Below, piece after piece: positions 44,360 to 54,157 of a DNA stretch of 64,000 nt. The first letter of the stretch is position 1, and every line of letters begins with the position of its first letter. The translations under genes were made by a program, and so were the position numbers. The DNA comes from Actinomycetota bacterium (GTDB taxonomy: Bacteria > Actinomycetota > Acidimicrobiia > Acidimicrobiales > CADCSY01), in contig JAHWJI010000002.1 of NCBI GenBank assembly GCA_019348495.1, positions 72 to 64,071 of the forward strand. The letters run 5' to 3'. The notes under the pieces are model-generated. The model had not been told where the DNA came from and searched no databases. It saw only the letters and a program-made list of their open reading frames with translations.

Positions 44360-45165
44360 TGGTCTCGAGCCTGGTCACCCTGGCCCTGACCGTGACGTGG
44401 GACCCCACCATCCGGGGCATCCTGGTGGTGCTCGTCTCGTTCCTCGTGCTGTGCGGCTCGGGGTACCTGGTGCTGAGCACCAACGTCGGGTCCCGCCTGG
44501 GGTTCCTGGTCGCCGCCGCCGCCTTCTGGGGCTGGATGACCATCATGGGCGCAGCCTGGTGGGTGTACGGCATCGGCTTGGAGGGGGCACCGCCTGCATG
44601 GGTGGTCGTGGAGGTGCTCACCGCCACACAGGCGGGTGACACCTCCAACGCCCGGTTGCCCGAGGCGCGCGACCTGTCCGGCTGGCGCAAGCTGCCCGAG
44701 GGCGACGTGATCCTGGGCGAGGCCCAGACCGCGGCGGACGAGGCCCTGACCGGCGAGGAGAGTCCCGTCGCCCGCTTCGAAGCCACCGGGGACTACGTCA
44801 CCGTCGGTGCCTACGCCATCGGAGGAAGGGACCTCAGCAACCCTTTGTCGCGCATCCCCGGGCCGTCGCCACCCCAGCATGCCCTCGTCCAGGTCCAGCC
44901 CGCGGTGGAGGTCATCACCCTCCAGGAGGGCCAGACCTGTCCCGCCGGGGCCACCTGCATCGAGTTCGGCGAGACCCCGCCCAAGGCCGAGCCGGTCCGG
45001 GGGGCACCGGTGATCTCGGTCATCATGGTCCGCGACCTGGGCTCGGCCCGGCTGCCCCCGGCCATCGTCACCATCTCCTCGGCCGTCATCTTCGCCATCG
45101 TCGCCAACACCTTGCACCGGCGGGACAAGCTGGTCGCCGAGCACCGCGAGCAGGCTTCGGTCTGA
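44356..45165 (+). CDS. 4-TM membrane protein of unknown function, translationally coupled to the di-haem cytochrome c
   Basis: GTGA overlap. Helices ILVVLVSFLVLCGSGYLVL, LGFLVAAAAFWGWMTIMGAAWWVY, and a C-terminal IVTISSAVIFAIVANTL. Confidence 0.6.
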   Translation: MMVSSLVTLALTVTWDPTIRGILVVLVSFLVLCGSGYLVLSTNVGSRLGFLVAAAAFWGWMTIMGAAWWVYGIGLEGAPPAWVVVEVLTATQAGDTSNARLPEARDLSGWRKLPEGDVILGEAQTAADEALTGEESPVARFEATGDYVTVGAYAIGGRDLSNPLSRIPGPSPPQHALVQVQPAVEVITLQEGQTCPAGATCIEFGETPPKAEPVRGAPVISVIMVRDLGSARLPPAIVTISSAVIFAIVANTLHRRDKLVAEHREQASV

Positions 45166-45223
45166 ACTTCCCCACGGCGACCGTTGCCGCTGTCGGTGGA
45201 GGACGGACTAACCTGGCGCCGTC

Positions 45224-45745
45224 GTGGACCAGTACCTGCCGCTCGTCGTGATGTTCGTGCTGGCGGTCGGCTTCGTCGTCCTCAGCCTGCTCACGTCCAA
45301 GCTGCTTGCCCCCGATCGCCCCACCCAGGCCAAGCAGGCGCCGTATGAGTGCGGCATCGTCCCCACCCGAGAGCCGGCCCGGCGATTCCCGGTGCGCTTC
45401 TACCTGGTGGCGATGATCTTCATCGTGTTCGACATCGAGATCATCTTCTTGTTCCCGTGGGCGGTGGTGCACCGGGAGCTGGGTGCCTTCGGCCTGTGGG
45501 CCATCGTGGCCTTCATCGTCCCGTTCTTCTTGTCCTTCCTGTGGGAGATCGCCGAGGGCGGCCTCGACTGGGGCCCGCTGGCCCGCTCCCGCTCGTTGGG
45601 TGTGCTCACCGGTCCGGAGCGGGCCACTGCGCCCTCCGTCCGGGTGGTGGGCCTCGAAGGCCGCCTGGCGGCCCGGCCCGAGGGGCGTGCGACCGTGGCG
45701 GTGGGAGCGTCGTCGGGGGGAGACGCCGGGGGGGTCGGGCACTGA
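45224..45745 (+). CDS. nuoA: NADH-quinone oxidoreductase subunit A, with a ~50-aa C-terminal extension
   Basis: PYECGIVP...[28 protein letters not shown]. Confidence 0.85.
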   Translation: MDQYLPLVVMFVLAVGFVVLSLLTSKLLAPDRPTQAKQAPYECGIVPTREPARRFPVRFYLVAMIFIVFDIEIIFLFPWAVVHRELGAFGLWAIVAFIVPFFLSFLWEIAEGGLDWGPLARSRSLGVLTGPERATAPSVRVVGLEGRLAARPEGRATVAVGASSGGDAGGVGH

Positions 45746-46332
45746 TGGACGACCAGGGCCTCGCTGGTCTGCAGCACAACTTCTTGACCGGCAGCCTCGA
45801 GTCGGTGGTGCAGTGGGCCCGGCGCAACAGCATGTGGCCGGCCACCTTCGGGCTGGCCTGTTGCGCCATCGAGATGATGGCCACCGGCGCCTCGCACTTC
45901 GACCTCAGCCGCTTCGGCATGGAGGTGTTCCGGGCCTCACCCCGCCAGGCCGACCTGATGATCGTGGCCGGCCGGGTGAGCCAGAAGATGGCGCCGGTGC
46001 TGCGCCAGGTCTACGACCAGATGATGGAGCCCAAGTGGGTCATCTCCATGGGGGTGTGCGCCTCGAGCGGCGGCATGTTCAACAACTACGCCATCGTGCA
46101 GGGAGTCGACCAGGTGGTGCCGGTCGACGTCTACGCGCCGGGCTGCCCGCCCAACCCCCAGACCCTGCTGCACTCCATCTTGACCCTGCACGAGCTGGTG
46201 CGCAGCGGCGAGTTGGTGACCCGCCGCCAGGGCACCGGCGCCGGCGCCGAGGTCCGGGTCGACGAGCAGGCCGGCGGTGATCAGAGGGTCACGGTGGTCC
46301 GTCCCCCCGTCCACGTCGGCACCCCCCGGTAG
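45745..46332 (+). CDS. nuoB: NADH-quinone oxidoreductase subunit B
   Basis: ATG overlaps the nuo[45 protein letters not shown] (N2 cluster ligands). Confidence 0.9.
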   Translation: MDDQGLAGLQHNFLTGSLESVVQWARRNSMWPATFGLACCAIEMMATGASHFDLSRFGMEVFRASPRQADLMIVAGRVSQKMAPVLRQVYDQMMEPKWVISMGVCASSGGMFNNYAIVQGVDQVVPVDVYAPGCPPNPQTLLHSILTLHELVRSGELVTRRQGTGAGAEVRVDEQAGGDQRVTVVRPPVHVGTPR

Positions 46333-46343
46333 CGGAGACGGCC

Positions 46344-46829
46344 GTGAGCGAGCCCGGCGCCGAGTACGGCGTGGCCTCGACCCTGTCGGTCGGCCAGGTC
46401 GTCTTCCACCCCGATCGGGCGGGCTACCGGGCGTTGGTGTCCGACCTGCGCCAGGCCGGCTACACCGTCTGCCTCGACGTCACCGCCGTCGACTACCTCA
46501 CCCATCCCGGGCGCTCCCTGCCCGCAGGCGTCCTGGCCGAGCGCTTCGAGGTGGTGGCCATCCTGTTGTCCTTCGAGCGCAGGGAGCGGGTACGGGTACG
46601 GGTACAGGTGCCAGGGGCCGACCCGGTCGTGGCCTCGCTCTACGACCTGCATCCCGGCTCGGAGGCCATGGAGCGGGAGGTGTTCGACATGTTCGGGATC
46701 ACCTTCGAGGGCCACCCCGACCTGACCCGCATCCTCATGCCCGAGGACTGGGAGGGCCACCCCCTGCGCAAGGACTACGCCGTGGGCCGCATTCCCGTGC
46801 AGTTCAAGGGTGCCCCGGGGGCGCGCTGA
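46344..46829 (+). CDS. nuoC: NADH-quinone oxidoreductase subunit C
   Basis: HPGSEAMEREVFDMFGITFEGHPDLTRILMPEDWEGHPLRKDY. Confidence 0.9.
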   Translation: MSEPGAEYGVASTLSVGQVVFHPDRAGYRALVSDLRQAGYTVCLDVTAVDYLTHPGRSLPAGVLAERFEVVAILLSFERRERVRVRVQVPGADPVVASLYDLHPGSEAMEREVFDMFGITFEGHPDLTRILMPEDWEGHPLRKDYAVGRIPVQFKGAPGAR

Positions 46830-48157
46830 TGGCCACCACCGACGTCTATCCGGGGGCGGCCACGTCCGAGGGCGCCCAGGAGCTGGCCGCCCGGGACGGG
46901 TCGACGGCAGCCGAGCTGCTGCGGGAGTCGGGTTCGGTGCTGCGCCTCTCGGAGGCGGCGGTGGCGGCGCTGTCGGAACAGGCGGTGCCCGAGGACGAGA
47001 CCATGATCATCAACATGGGGCCCCAACACCCCTCCACCCACGGGGTGTTGCGGCTCATGCTCGAGCTCGAGGGCGAGACGGTGCTGCGCACCAAGCCCAT
47101 CGTGGGCTACCTCCACACCGGGATGGAGAAGACCGGCGAGGACCTGACCTACCTGCAGGGACCGACCAACGTCACCCGCATGGACTACGCCGCCCCCCTG
47201 TTCAACGAGTTGGTGTTCTCGCTGGCGACCGAGGCCTTGCTCGGGGTGGAGGTCCCCCCCCGGGCCACGTGGATCCGCATGCTGATGTGCGAGCTGAACC
47301 GGATCTCGTCGCACTTCCTGTTCCTGGCCACCAACGGCATGGACCTGGGTGCGATCTCCATGATCCTCTACGGCTGGCGCGAGCGCGATCTCGTGCTCCA
47401 GTTCTTCGAGAAGACCAGTGGGTTGCGGATGAACCACAACTACATCCGCCCCGGGGGCGTGGCCGCCGACCTGCCCGACGGCTGGCGCGACGACCTGGCC
47501 GGCATCCTCGACGCCCTCCCGGCCCGCCTGGGCGAGTACGACAGCCTCATGACCGCCCAGCCCATCTGGCAGGGTCGCACCCAGGGGGTGGGCGTGATCA
47601 CCCCCGAGGAGGCGCTGGCCCTGGGGACGACGGGGCCGATCCTGCGCTCCACGGGCACGCCGTGGGACCTGCGCAAGGACATGCCCTACCTGGCCTACGA
47701 CCAGGTCGAGTTCGACGTGGTGGTGGGCAGCTACGGCGACGTGTTCGACCGTTACGCCATCCGCCTGAACGAGATCCGGGAGTCCATGCGCATCGTGGCC
47801 CAGATCCTCGACGCCATGCCCGGCGGTGACTACCGGGTGCAGGACAAGAAGGTCACACCTCCACCCCGGGCCCGCATCGATGAGTCGATGGAGGCGCTCA
47901 TCCACCACTTCAAGATCTTCACCGAGGGCTTCCGGGTGCCCGAGGGTGAGGTCTACGTGGCCGTCGAGTCGCCTCGGGGCGAGTTGGGGTGCTACCTGGT
48001 CTCCGACGGGAGCGCCAAGCCCTACCGCCTGCACATCCGGGGCCCGTCCTTCGTCAACCTCCAGACCCTGCCCCACATGCTGCGCGGCGGCCTGATCGCC
48101 GACGCCGTGGCCATCATCTCCTCCGTCGACCCCATCATGGGCGAGGTCGACCGGTAG
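46829..48157 (+). CDS. nuoD: NADH-quinone oxidoreductase subunit D
   Basis: ATG overlaps the nuoC TGA. NMGPQHPSTHGVLR...GYLHTGMEK...ESPRGELG...DPIMGEVDR. Confidence 0.9.
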   Translation: MATTDVYPGAATSEGAQELAARDGSTAAELLRESGSVLRLSEAAVAALSEQAVPEDETMIINMGPQHPSTHGVLRLMLELEGETVLRTKPIVGYLHTGMEKTGEDLTYLQGPTNVTRMDYAAPLFNELVFSLATEALLGVEVPPRATWIRMLMCELNRISSHFLFLATNGMDLGAISMILYGWRERDLVLQFFEKTSGLRMNHNYIRPGGVAADLPDGWRDDLAGILDALPARLGEYDSLMTAQPIWQGRTQGVGVITPEEALALGTTGPILRSTGTPWDLRKDMPYLAYDQVEFDVVVGSYGDVFDRYAIRLNEIRESMRIVAQILDAMPGGDYRVQDKKVTPPPRARIDESMEALIHHFKIFTEGFRVPEGEVYVAVESPRGELGCYLVSDGSAKPYRLHIRGPSFVNLQTLPHMLRGGLIADAVAIISSVDPIMGEVDR

Positions 48158-48177
48158 TGGGCGCCTGCGGCGCCCAC
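48157..48177 (+). other. Perfect 9-bp stem / 3-nt loop hairpin in the nuoD-nuoE spacer (GTGGGCGCC-TGC-GGCGCCCAC)
   Basis: Read directly. A second small hairpin GCGCC-TTC-GGCGC lies at 48191-48203. Confidence 0.6.
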
Positions 48178-48224
48178 GGAAGGGCAGGGAGCGCCTTCGG
48201 CGCGCCTCTGGGGGTGGATCGCTG

Positions 48225-48821
48225 ATGGGCCGGTTGACGAGCGAGAACGTGGAGCTGGCGCGGGAGATCATCGACCGCTACCCCCGGTCGCGCTCGGCGT
48301 TGATCCCCCTGTTGCACGTGGCCCAGGAACAGGACGGATGGGTGAGCACCGAGGCCATGAGCCACATCGCCGAGCTGCTCGGCCTGACCCCGGTCGAGGT
48401 GTTGGGCACGGCCAGCTTCTACGGCATGTTCAAGCGGGAGCCCGTGGGCCGCTACGTGGTCAGCGTGTGCACCAACATCTCCTGCCTCCTGCTCGGGGGC
48501 GAAGAGCTGCTCGAGCACTGCGAGGCACGCCTCGGGGTCAAGGCCGGCGCCACCACCCCCGACGGGGTGTTCACCCTCGAGGACGTGGAGTGCATCGCGG
48601 CCTGCACCGACGCCCCCTGTCTCCAGGTGAACTACCGCTTCTTCCTCAACATCACCCACGACGAGGTCGACAGGCTCCTCGACGACCTTCGGGCCGGACG
48701 CCGCGACGAGGAGGTGCCACCGCACGGGACCCTGACCCGGGTGCGCCCGCGCGTGCCCGCGGAACGCTGGTCCGGCCACGGCGCCGAGGGCCTTCCCGTG
48801 CTGCCGGGGCAGTCCCGCTGA
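48225..48821 (+). CDS. nuoE: NADH-quinone oxidoreductase subunit E
   Basis: RSALIPLLHVAQEQDGW...VCTNISCLLLGGEEL...ECIAACTDAP ([2Fe-2S] ligands). Confidence 0.9.
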   Translation: MGRLTSENVELAREIIDRYPRSRSALIPLLHVAQEQDGWVSTEAMSHIAELLGLTPVEVLGTASFYGMFKREPVGRYVVSVCTNISCLLLGGEELLEHCEARLGVKAGATTPDGVFTLEDVECIAACTDAPCLQVNYRFFLNITHDEVDRLLDDLRAGRRDEEVPPHGTLTRVRPRVPAERWSGHGAEGLPVLPGQSR

Positions 48822-50164
48822 TGGCCGTCAGCGACGCCGCCCCCATCATCTCCACCCGCTTCGACCAGACCGACGCCCACACCCTCGACGGGTACCTGCG
48901 CACCGGTGGCTACGCCGCCCTTCGCAAGGCCCTGGCCATGACCCCCGACCAGGTGCTCGAAGAGGTCAAGGCCGCCAACCTGGCCGGCCGGGGCGGTGCG
49001 GGGTTCCCCGCCGGTGCCAAGTGGGGGTTCCTCCCCGAGGACGTCTTCCCCCGTTACTTCGTGGTCAACGGCGACGAGAGCGAGCCGGGCACCTGCAAGG
49101 ACCGCCCCCTCATGGAGCGAGATCCCCACCAGCTCATCGAGGGGCTGCTCATCTCCTGCTACGCGGTGGGCGCGGCCCAGGCCTTCATCTACGTGCGGGG
49201 AGAGATGGCGCTGGCCCAGGAGCGCCTGGCCATCGCCCTCAACGGCGCCTACGCCGCCGGCTACGTCGGCAAGGACATCCTCGGGTCGGGGTGGTCGCTC
49301 GACGTGGTCCTGCACTGGGGGGCCGGCGCCTACATCGTGGGCGAGGAGACGGCGCTGATCGAGAGCCTGGAGGGCCAGCGGGGCATGCCCCGGCTCAAGC
49401 CCCCCTACTTCCCGGCGGCCAAGGGCCTGTACATGCAGCCCACCGTGGTCAACAACGTGGAGACGCTCTCGTACATCCCCTGGGTGCTGCAGCACGGGGG
49501 CGAGGCCTATGCCGCCATCGGCACCGAGAAGGCGACGGGGCTGCGGCTGTTCGCCCTGTCCGGCCACGTCCGCCGCCCGGGCGTCTACGAGGTGGAGATG
49601 GGCACCACCACCTTCCGCGACCTGGTGGAGGCGCCGGTCTACGGCGGGGGCATGCGCCACGGCAACGCCCTCAAGGCGTTCATCCCCGGGGGGGCCTCGG
49701 CGCCGTGGCTCTACCCCGAGCAGCTCGACCTGGGGCTGGACGCCGGCCCGGTGGGCGCGGCCGGCTCCATGCTCGGCTCGGGGGCGGTGGTCATCATGGA
49801 CGAGACCACCTGCGCGGTGCGGGCGGCATGGCGCCTGGTGCGCTTCTTCGCCCACGAGTCCTGCGGCAAGTGCACCCCGTGCCGGGAGGGGGGAGCCTGG
49901 TTGGAGAAGATCATGCGTCGCATCCTCGACGGCTACGGCAGGGAGGAAGATCTCGACCTGCTGCTGGATGTGGGGGACAACATCAGTCCCGGCCCCTTCC
50001 CCCATCCGGCCTCCGACGGTGAGGATGCCGTGCCCTTCCCGTTCAAGCAGACCACCATCTGCCCCCTGGGCCCCTCCACGGTCTCGCCCGTCTACTCGTC
50101 CATCTGGCGCTTCCGTGACGAGTACCTCGTCCACATCAAGGAAGGGGGCTGCCACCATGGCTGA
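48821..50164 (+). CDS. nuoF: NADH-quinone oxidoreductase subunit F
   Basis: GRGGAGFPAGAKW...VVNGDESEPGTCKDR...ESCGKCTPCREG. Confidence 0.9.
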   Translation: MAVSDAAPIISTRFDQTDAHTLDGYLRTGGYAALRKALAMTPDQVLEEVKAANLAGRGGAGFPAGAKWGFLPEDVFPRYFVVNGDESEPGTCKDRPLMERDPHQLIEGLLISCYAVGAAQAFIYVRGEMALAQERLAIALNGAYAAGYVGKDILGSGWSLDVVLHWGAGAYIVGEETALIESLEGQRGMPRLKPPYFPAAKGLYMQPTVVNNVETLSYIPWVLQHGGEAYAAIGTEKATGLRLFALSGHVRRPGVYEVEMGTTTFRDLVEAPVYGGGMRHGNALKAFIPGGASAPWLYPEQLDLGLDAGPVGAAGSMLGSGAVVIMDETTCAVRAAWRLVRFFAHESCGKCTPCREGGAWLEKIMRRILDGYGREEDLDLLLDVGDNISPGPFPHPASDGEDAVPFPFKQTTICPLGPSTVSPVYSSIWRFRDEYLVHIKEGGCHHG

Positions 50165-52940
50165 GGCCGACCAGAAAGAGAAGGAGGAGGAGAAGGAGAA
50201 GACGACCGTCACCGTCACCCTCGACGGCCAGGACATCGAGGCCGAGCCCGGCGAGCTGGTCATCGCTGCCGCTGAGCGCCACGGCACCTACATCCCCCGG
50301 TTCTGCTACCACCCCCGCATGCGCGAGGTGGGCATGTGCCGCATGTGCATCGTCGAGATCGACAGCGGTAGGGGCCCGGCCCTCCAGCCGGCGTGCATGG
50401 CGCCGGTGGCGGATGGGATGAAGGTCGACACCGAGTCGGCTCGGACCAAGAAGGCCCAGGACGGGGTGCTCGAGTTCCTGCTCATCAACCACCCACTCGA
50501 CTGCCCGGTGTGCGACAAGGGCGGGGAGTGCCCGCTGCAGGACCAGACCTTGGCCTTCGGCCCGGGCGAGAGCCGCTTCGTCGAGGAGAAGCGCCACTTC
50601 GAGAAGCCCATCCCCATCAGCGACCTGGTCTACCTCGACCGGGAGCGCTGTGTCCTGTGCGACCGCTGCACCCGCTTCGCCGACGAGGTGGCCGGCGACC
50701 CCTTGATCTCCTTCATCGACCGGGGCAACCACACCCAGGTCAACACCTTCCCCGACGACCCCTTCGCCTCCTACTTCAGCGGCAACACCGTGCAGATCTG
50801 CCCGGTCGGCGCCCTGTTGGCCCGTCCCTACCGCTTCCGGGCCCGGCCCTGGGACCTCGACCAGGTGGAGTCCACCTGCACGGCGTGCTCGGTGGGCTGT
50901 CGCATCGCGGTGCAGTCGTCGTCCAACCGTCTGGTGCGCAAGCTCGGCGTCGACGTCGACCCCGTCAACTGGGGCTGGCTCTGCGACAAGGGCCGCTTCG
51001 ACTTCGAGGCCGTGGGCAGCGACGACCGCCTGGGCGCGCCGCTGGTGCGGGCTCCGGGGGCCGAGGACCTGGCCGAGGCGTCGTGGTCCCAGGCCCTGGC
51101 CGCCGCAGCCGAGGGGATCACCCGGGCCCGCATCCGCCGGGGGCCGGAGTCCATCGCCGTGCTCGGCGGAGCGCGGGGGACCAACGAGGACGCCTACGCC
51201 TGGTCGAAGCTGGCCCGCACCCTGCTCGGCACCGACTCCGTCGACGCCCAGATGGGCGACGGCCTCCCGGCCGAGGCGGTCGTGGGGCTACCCCGGGCCA
51301 CGATCGACGCCGCCTGTGCGGCCGACACCATCCTCCTCCTCGGGCCCGACGTCAAAGAGGAGCTGCCGGTGCTGTACCTGCGGCTGCGCGAGGCCGTGGT
51401 CGAGCGGGGCGCCACCCTGGTGGAGCTGAGCCCGGTGGAGACGGGCATGACTCGCTACGCCGAGGCCTCCCTGCGCTACCGGCCGGGCGAGGTCACCGAG
51501 CTGGTGCGGGCCCTGGTCGACGAGTCGGCTGCGGTGGGCGACAGCGAGCGTCCCGGGGGCCTGGCCCCGGCATCCGCCGTGCGCGAGGCCGCGGCGCTGC
51601 TGCGTCGGGGTTCGCTGGTGTGCCTGCTCGGCCGCCCGTCGCTGGCTGAGCCCGCCCAACCCGTCGTCGACGCTGCCGGGGTGCTGCTGGACGCCTTGCC
51701 GGAGACGACCTTCCTGCCGGTGCTGCGGCGGGGCAACGTGGCCGGCGCCTTGGACATGGGCCTGGCACCGGGCCTGTTGCCCGGCCGGATCGGCCTCGAC
51801 CAGGGCCGCCCCTGGCTCGCCCGGGAGTGGGAGGCGCTTCCCGGCGGCCGGGGCCTCGACGCCCAGGGCATCATCACCGCCGCAGCCGAGGGTCGGGTGG
51901 GCTGTCTCGTCCTGGTGGGGGCCGATCCCCTGGCCGACTTCCCCGACCGGGAGCTGGCCCGCCGTGCCCTGGCCGGCGCCGGCTTCGTGCTCGCCGTCGA
52001 CTGCTTCCTCACCGACTCCTCCCGCCGGGCCGACGTGGTGCTGCCCGCCGCCGCCTTCGGCGAGAAGTCGGGCACCACCACCAACATCGAGGGGAGGGTC
52101 AGCCGCCTCCACCAGAAGGTCACCGCCCCGGGTACGGCCCGGGCCGACTGGATGATCGCCGCCGAGCTGGCCTTCCATCTCGGCGGCGATCTCGGCTTCG
52201 ACTCGGTGGACACGATATGGGACGAGATCGAGCGCCTGGCGCCCTCCCACCAAGGCCTCACCCGAGCCCGGCTGGCCTCGCCCGAGGGGTTCGACGGCAT
52301 CGTCGCCGGCACCGTGCACGACGCCGAGACGCACGGAGGACCTCCCTCGATGGCCCAGACCGACTCGCCCGGGATCCAGGGAGCGTTGGCCCACACCAAG
52401 GTCGACACCCTGGCCTCGTCGGCCATGGGCACAGCCGACAAGCCCGATCCCAGCTCGGGGCTGGCCATGCAGCCACCCGACCCGTCGGGAGGCGGAGGCG
52501 GGGGCACCGGCACGGTCGCCGGTCGTCCCGCCGTCCTGCGGTGGACGCCGGGCCCCAGTGCCGGCGGCCCGCCCCCGCTCGACCGCTACTCGCTGCGCCT
52601 GGTGACCTCACGCCGGCTCTACGACGACGGGACCTTCGTGCACCACTCGCCGTCGCTGGCGCCCCTCGCCCCCGGTGCCCGCCTGGGGGTGAACCCGGCC
52701 GACTTGGCCCCCCTCGGGGTGGGCACCGGCGCCCGTGTGCAGGTGACCAGCGGTCGGGGCCGGGTGGTGCTCGAAGCCGTGGCCGACCCCGGCGTGCCCC
52801 AGGGCAGCGTGGCACTGGCGTGGAACCAGCCCGGGCCGGGCGCCGCCGACCTGATCGACGTCACCCTCGCCGTCACCGAGGTCCGTCTCGAGACCCTGTC
52901 GGTGCCGGCGCCCACGAGCGGGAGGGGATCCGACGCGTGA
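50157..52940 (+). CDS. nuoG: NADH-quinone oxidoreductase subunit G (927 aa)
   Basis: ATG at 50157 (8-nt overlap with nuoF). IPRFCYHPRM..VGMCRMCIVE...HPLDCPVCDKGGECPLQD...CVLCDRCTRF. Confidence 0.9.
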   Translation: MAEADQKEKEEEKEKTTVTVTLDGQDIEAEPGELVIAAAERHGTYIPRFCYHPRMREVGMCRMCIVEIDSGRGPALQPACMAPVADGMKVDTESARTKKAQDGVLEFLLINHPLDCPVCDKGGECPLQDQTLAFGPGESRFVEEKRHFEKPIPISDLVYLDRERCVLCDRCTRFADEVAGDPLISFIDRGNHTQVNTFPDDPFASYFSGNTVQICPVGALLARPYRFRARPWDLDQVESTCTACSVGCRIAVQSSSNRLVRKLGVDVDPVNWGWLCDKGRFDFEAVGSDDRLGAPLVRAPGAEDLAEASWSQALAAAAEGITRARIRRGPESIAVLGGARGTNEDAYAWSKLARTLLGTDSVDAQMGDGLPAEAVVGLPRATIDAACAADTILLLGPDVKEELPVLYLRLREAVVERGATLVELSPVETGMTRYAEASLRYRPGEVTELVRALVDESAAVGDSERPGGLAPASAVREAAALLRRGSLVCLLGRPSLAEPAQPVVDAAGVLLDALPETTFLPVLRRGNVAGALDMGLAPGLLPGRIGLDQGRPWLAREWEALPGGRGLDAQGIITAAAEGRVGCLVLVGADPLADFPDRELARRALAGAGFVLAVDCFLTDSSRRADVVLPAAAFGEKSGTTTNIEGRVSRLHQKVTAPGTARADWMIAAELAFHLGGDLGFDSVDTIWDEIERLAPSHQGLTRARLASPEGFDGIVAGTVHDAETHGGPPSMAQTDSPGIQGALAHTKVDTLASSAMGTADKPDPSSGLAMQPPDPSGGGGGGTGTVAGRPAVLRWTPGPSAGGPPPLDRYSLRLVTSRRLYDDGTFVHHSPSLAPLAPGARLGVNPADLAPLGVGTGARVQVTSGRGRVVLEAVADPGVPQGSVALAWNQPGPGAADLIDVTLAVTEVRLETLSVPAPTSGRGSDA

Positions 52941-54157
52941 CGGGAGACCCGCTCTTCGCCGACGGCTTCGACTGGGTGGTGCTGGCCATCTTGGTGGCCA
53001 AGGCCGTCATCGGCTTCACCATCGTCGTCGTCGGCGTGATCTTCATGATCTGGTTCGAGCGCAAGGTCGTGGCCGACATGCAAAACCGCATCGGCCCCAA
53101 CCGGGCCGGCCGCTGGGGCCTGGGCCAGACCTTGGCCGACGGCATCAAGCTCATCTTCAAAGAGGATCTCAAGCCCGACCGGGCCGACAAGCCGGTCTTC
53201 CGTCTCGCCCCCTACCTGTCGGTGGTGCCGGCGTTCTTGACCTTCACCATCGTGCCCATCGGGGGGGTGTTCACCGGCGGCAACGACGGGGGCGTCGAGC
53301 TGTTCGGCCGCCGCACCTGGATGCAGGTGGCCGACCCGCCGGTGGGGGTGCTGTTCCTGCTGGCCATGTCCTCCATCGCCGTCTACGGGATCATGCTGGC
53401 GGGCTGGTCGTCGGGCTCGAAGTACCCGCTGCTCGGCTCGGTGCGGGCGACCGCCCAGATGGTGAGCTACGAGGCGGCACTGGGCCTGTCGGTCGTGGCC
53501 GTGGTCTTGTTGAGCGGGTCGCTGTCGACGCACGACATCGTGGCCGCCCAGGCCGGGAGCATCTTCGACTGGAACGTCATCGCCACCGCCGCCGTCCCCT
53601 TCGTCGTCTTCTGCGTGGCCGCCACCGCCGAGCTCAACCGCCCGCCGTTCGACCTGGTGGAGGCTGAGCAGGAGCTGGTGGGGGGCTTCCACACCGAGTA
53701 CTCCTCCATCCGCTTCGGCATGTTCTACCTGGCCGAGTTCATGAACACGATCACCATGTCGGCCATCATCGTCACCCTGTTCCTCGGCGGCCCGGCCGGC
53801 CCCGTGCTGTTCGGGCCCCCCCTGATCTGGGGGACGCTGTGGTTCACGCTCAAGCTGTTGGTGTTCCTGTTCATCTTCGTGTGGCTGCGGGCCACGCTGC
53901 CCCGCTACCGCTACGACCAGCTCATGGACCTGGGGTGGAAGCGCCTGATCCCGCTGTCGCTGGGCTGGCTGCTGGTCATCGGGGCCATCAGCATCGGACG
54001 CGACGCCGGGTGGAACCGGCCCCTCACCCTCGTGGGCGCCTTCTCCCTGGGCGTCATCTCCTGGGCCGCGCTGATCGGAGCCATGCGGGTGGCCAAGCTG
54101 CGCCGGGGCGGCGACGAGTTCGGAGAGCTCAGCACCGCCACGGAGAGGGTGGGCTGA
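52937..54157 (+). CDS. nuoH: NADH-quinone oxidoreductase subunit H
   Basis: GTGA overlap. WFERKVVADMQNRIGPNRAG..GLGQTLADGIKL...AELNRPPFDLVEAEQELVGGFHTEYS. Confidence 0.9.
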   Translation: MTGDPLFADGFDWVVLAILVAKAVIGFTIVVVGVIFMIWFERKVVADMQNRIGPNRAGRWGLGQTLADGIKLIFKEDLKPDRADKPVFRLAPYLSVVPAFLTFTIVPIGGVFTGGNDGGVELFGRRTWMQVADPPVGVLFLLAMSSIAVYGIMLAGWSSGSKYPLLGSVRATAQMVSYEAALGLSVVAVVLLSGSLSTHDIVAAQAGSIFDWNVIATAAVPFVVFCVAATAELNRPPFDLVEAEQELVGGFHTEYSSIRFGMFYLAEFMNTITMSAIIVTLFLGGPAGPVLFGPPLIWGTLWFTLKLLVFLFIFVWLRATLPRYRYDQLMDLGWKRLIPLSLGWLLVIGAISIGRDAGWNRPLTLVGAFSLGVISWAALIGAMRVAKLRRGGDEFGELSTATERVG

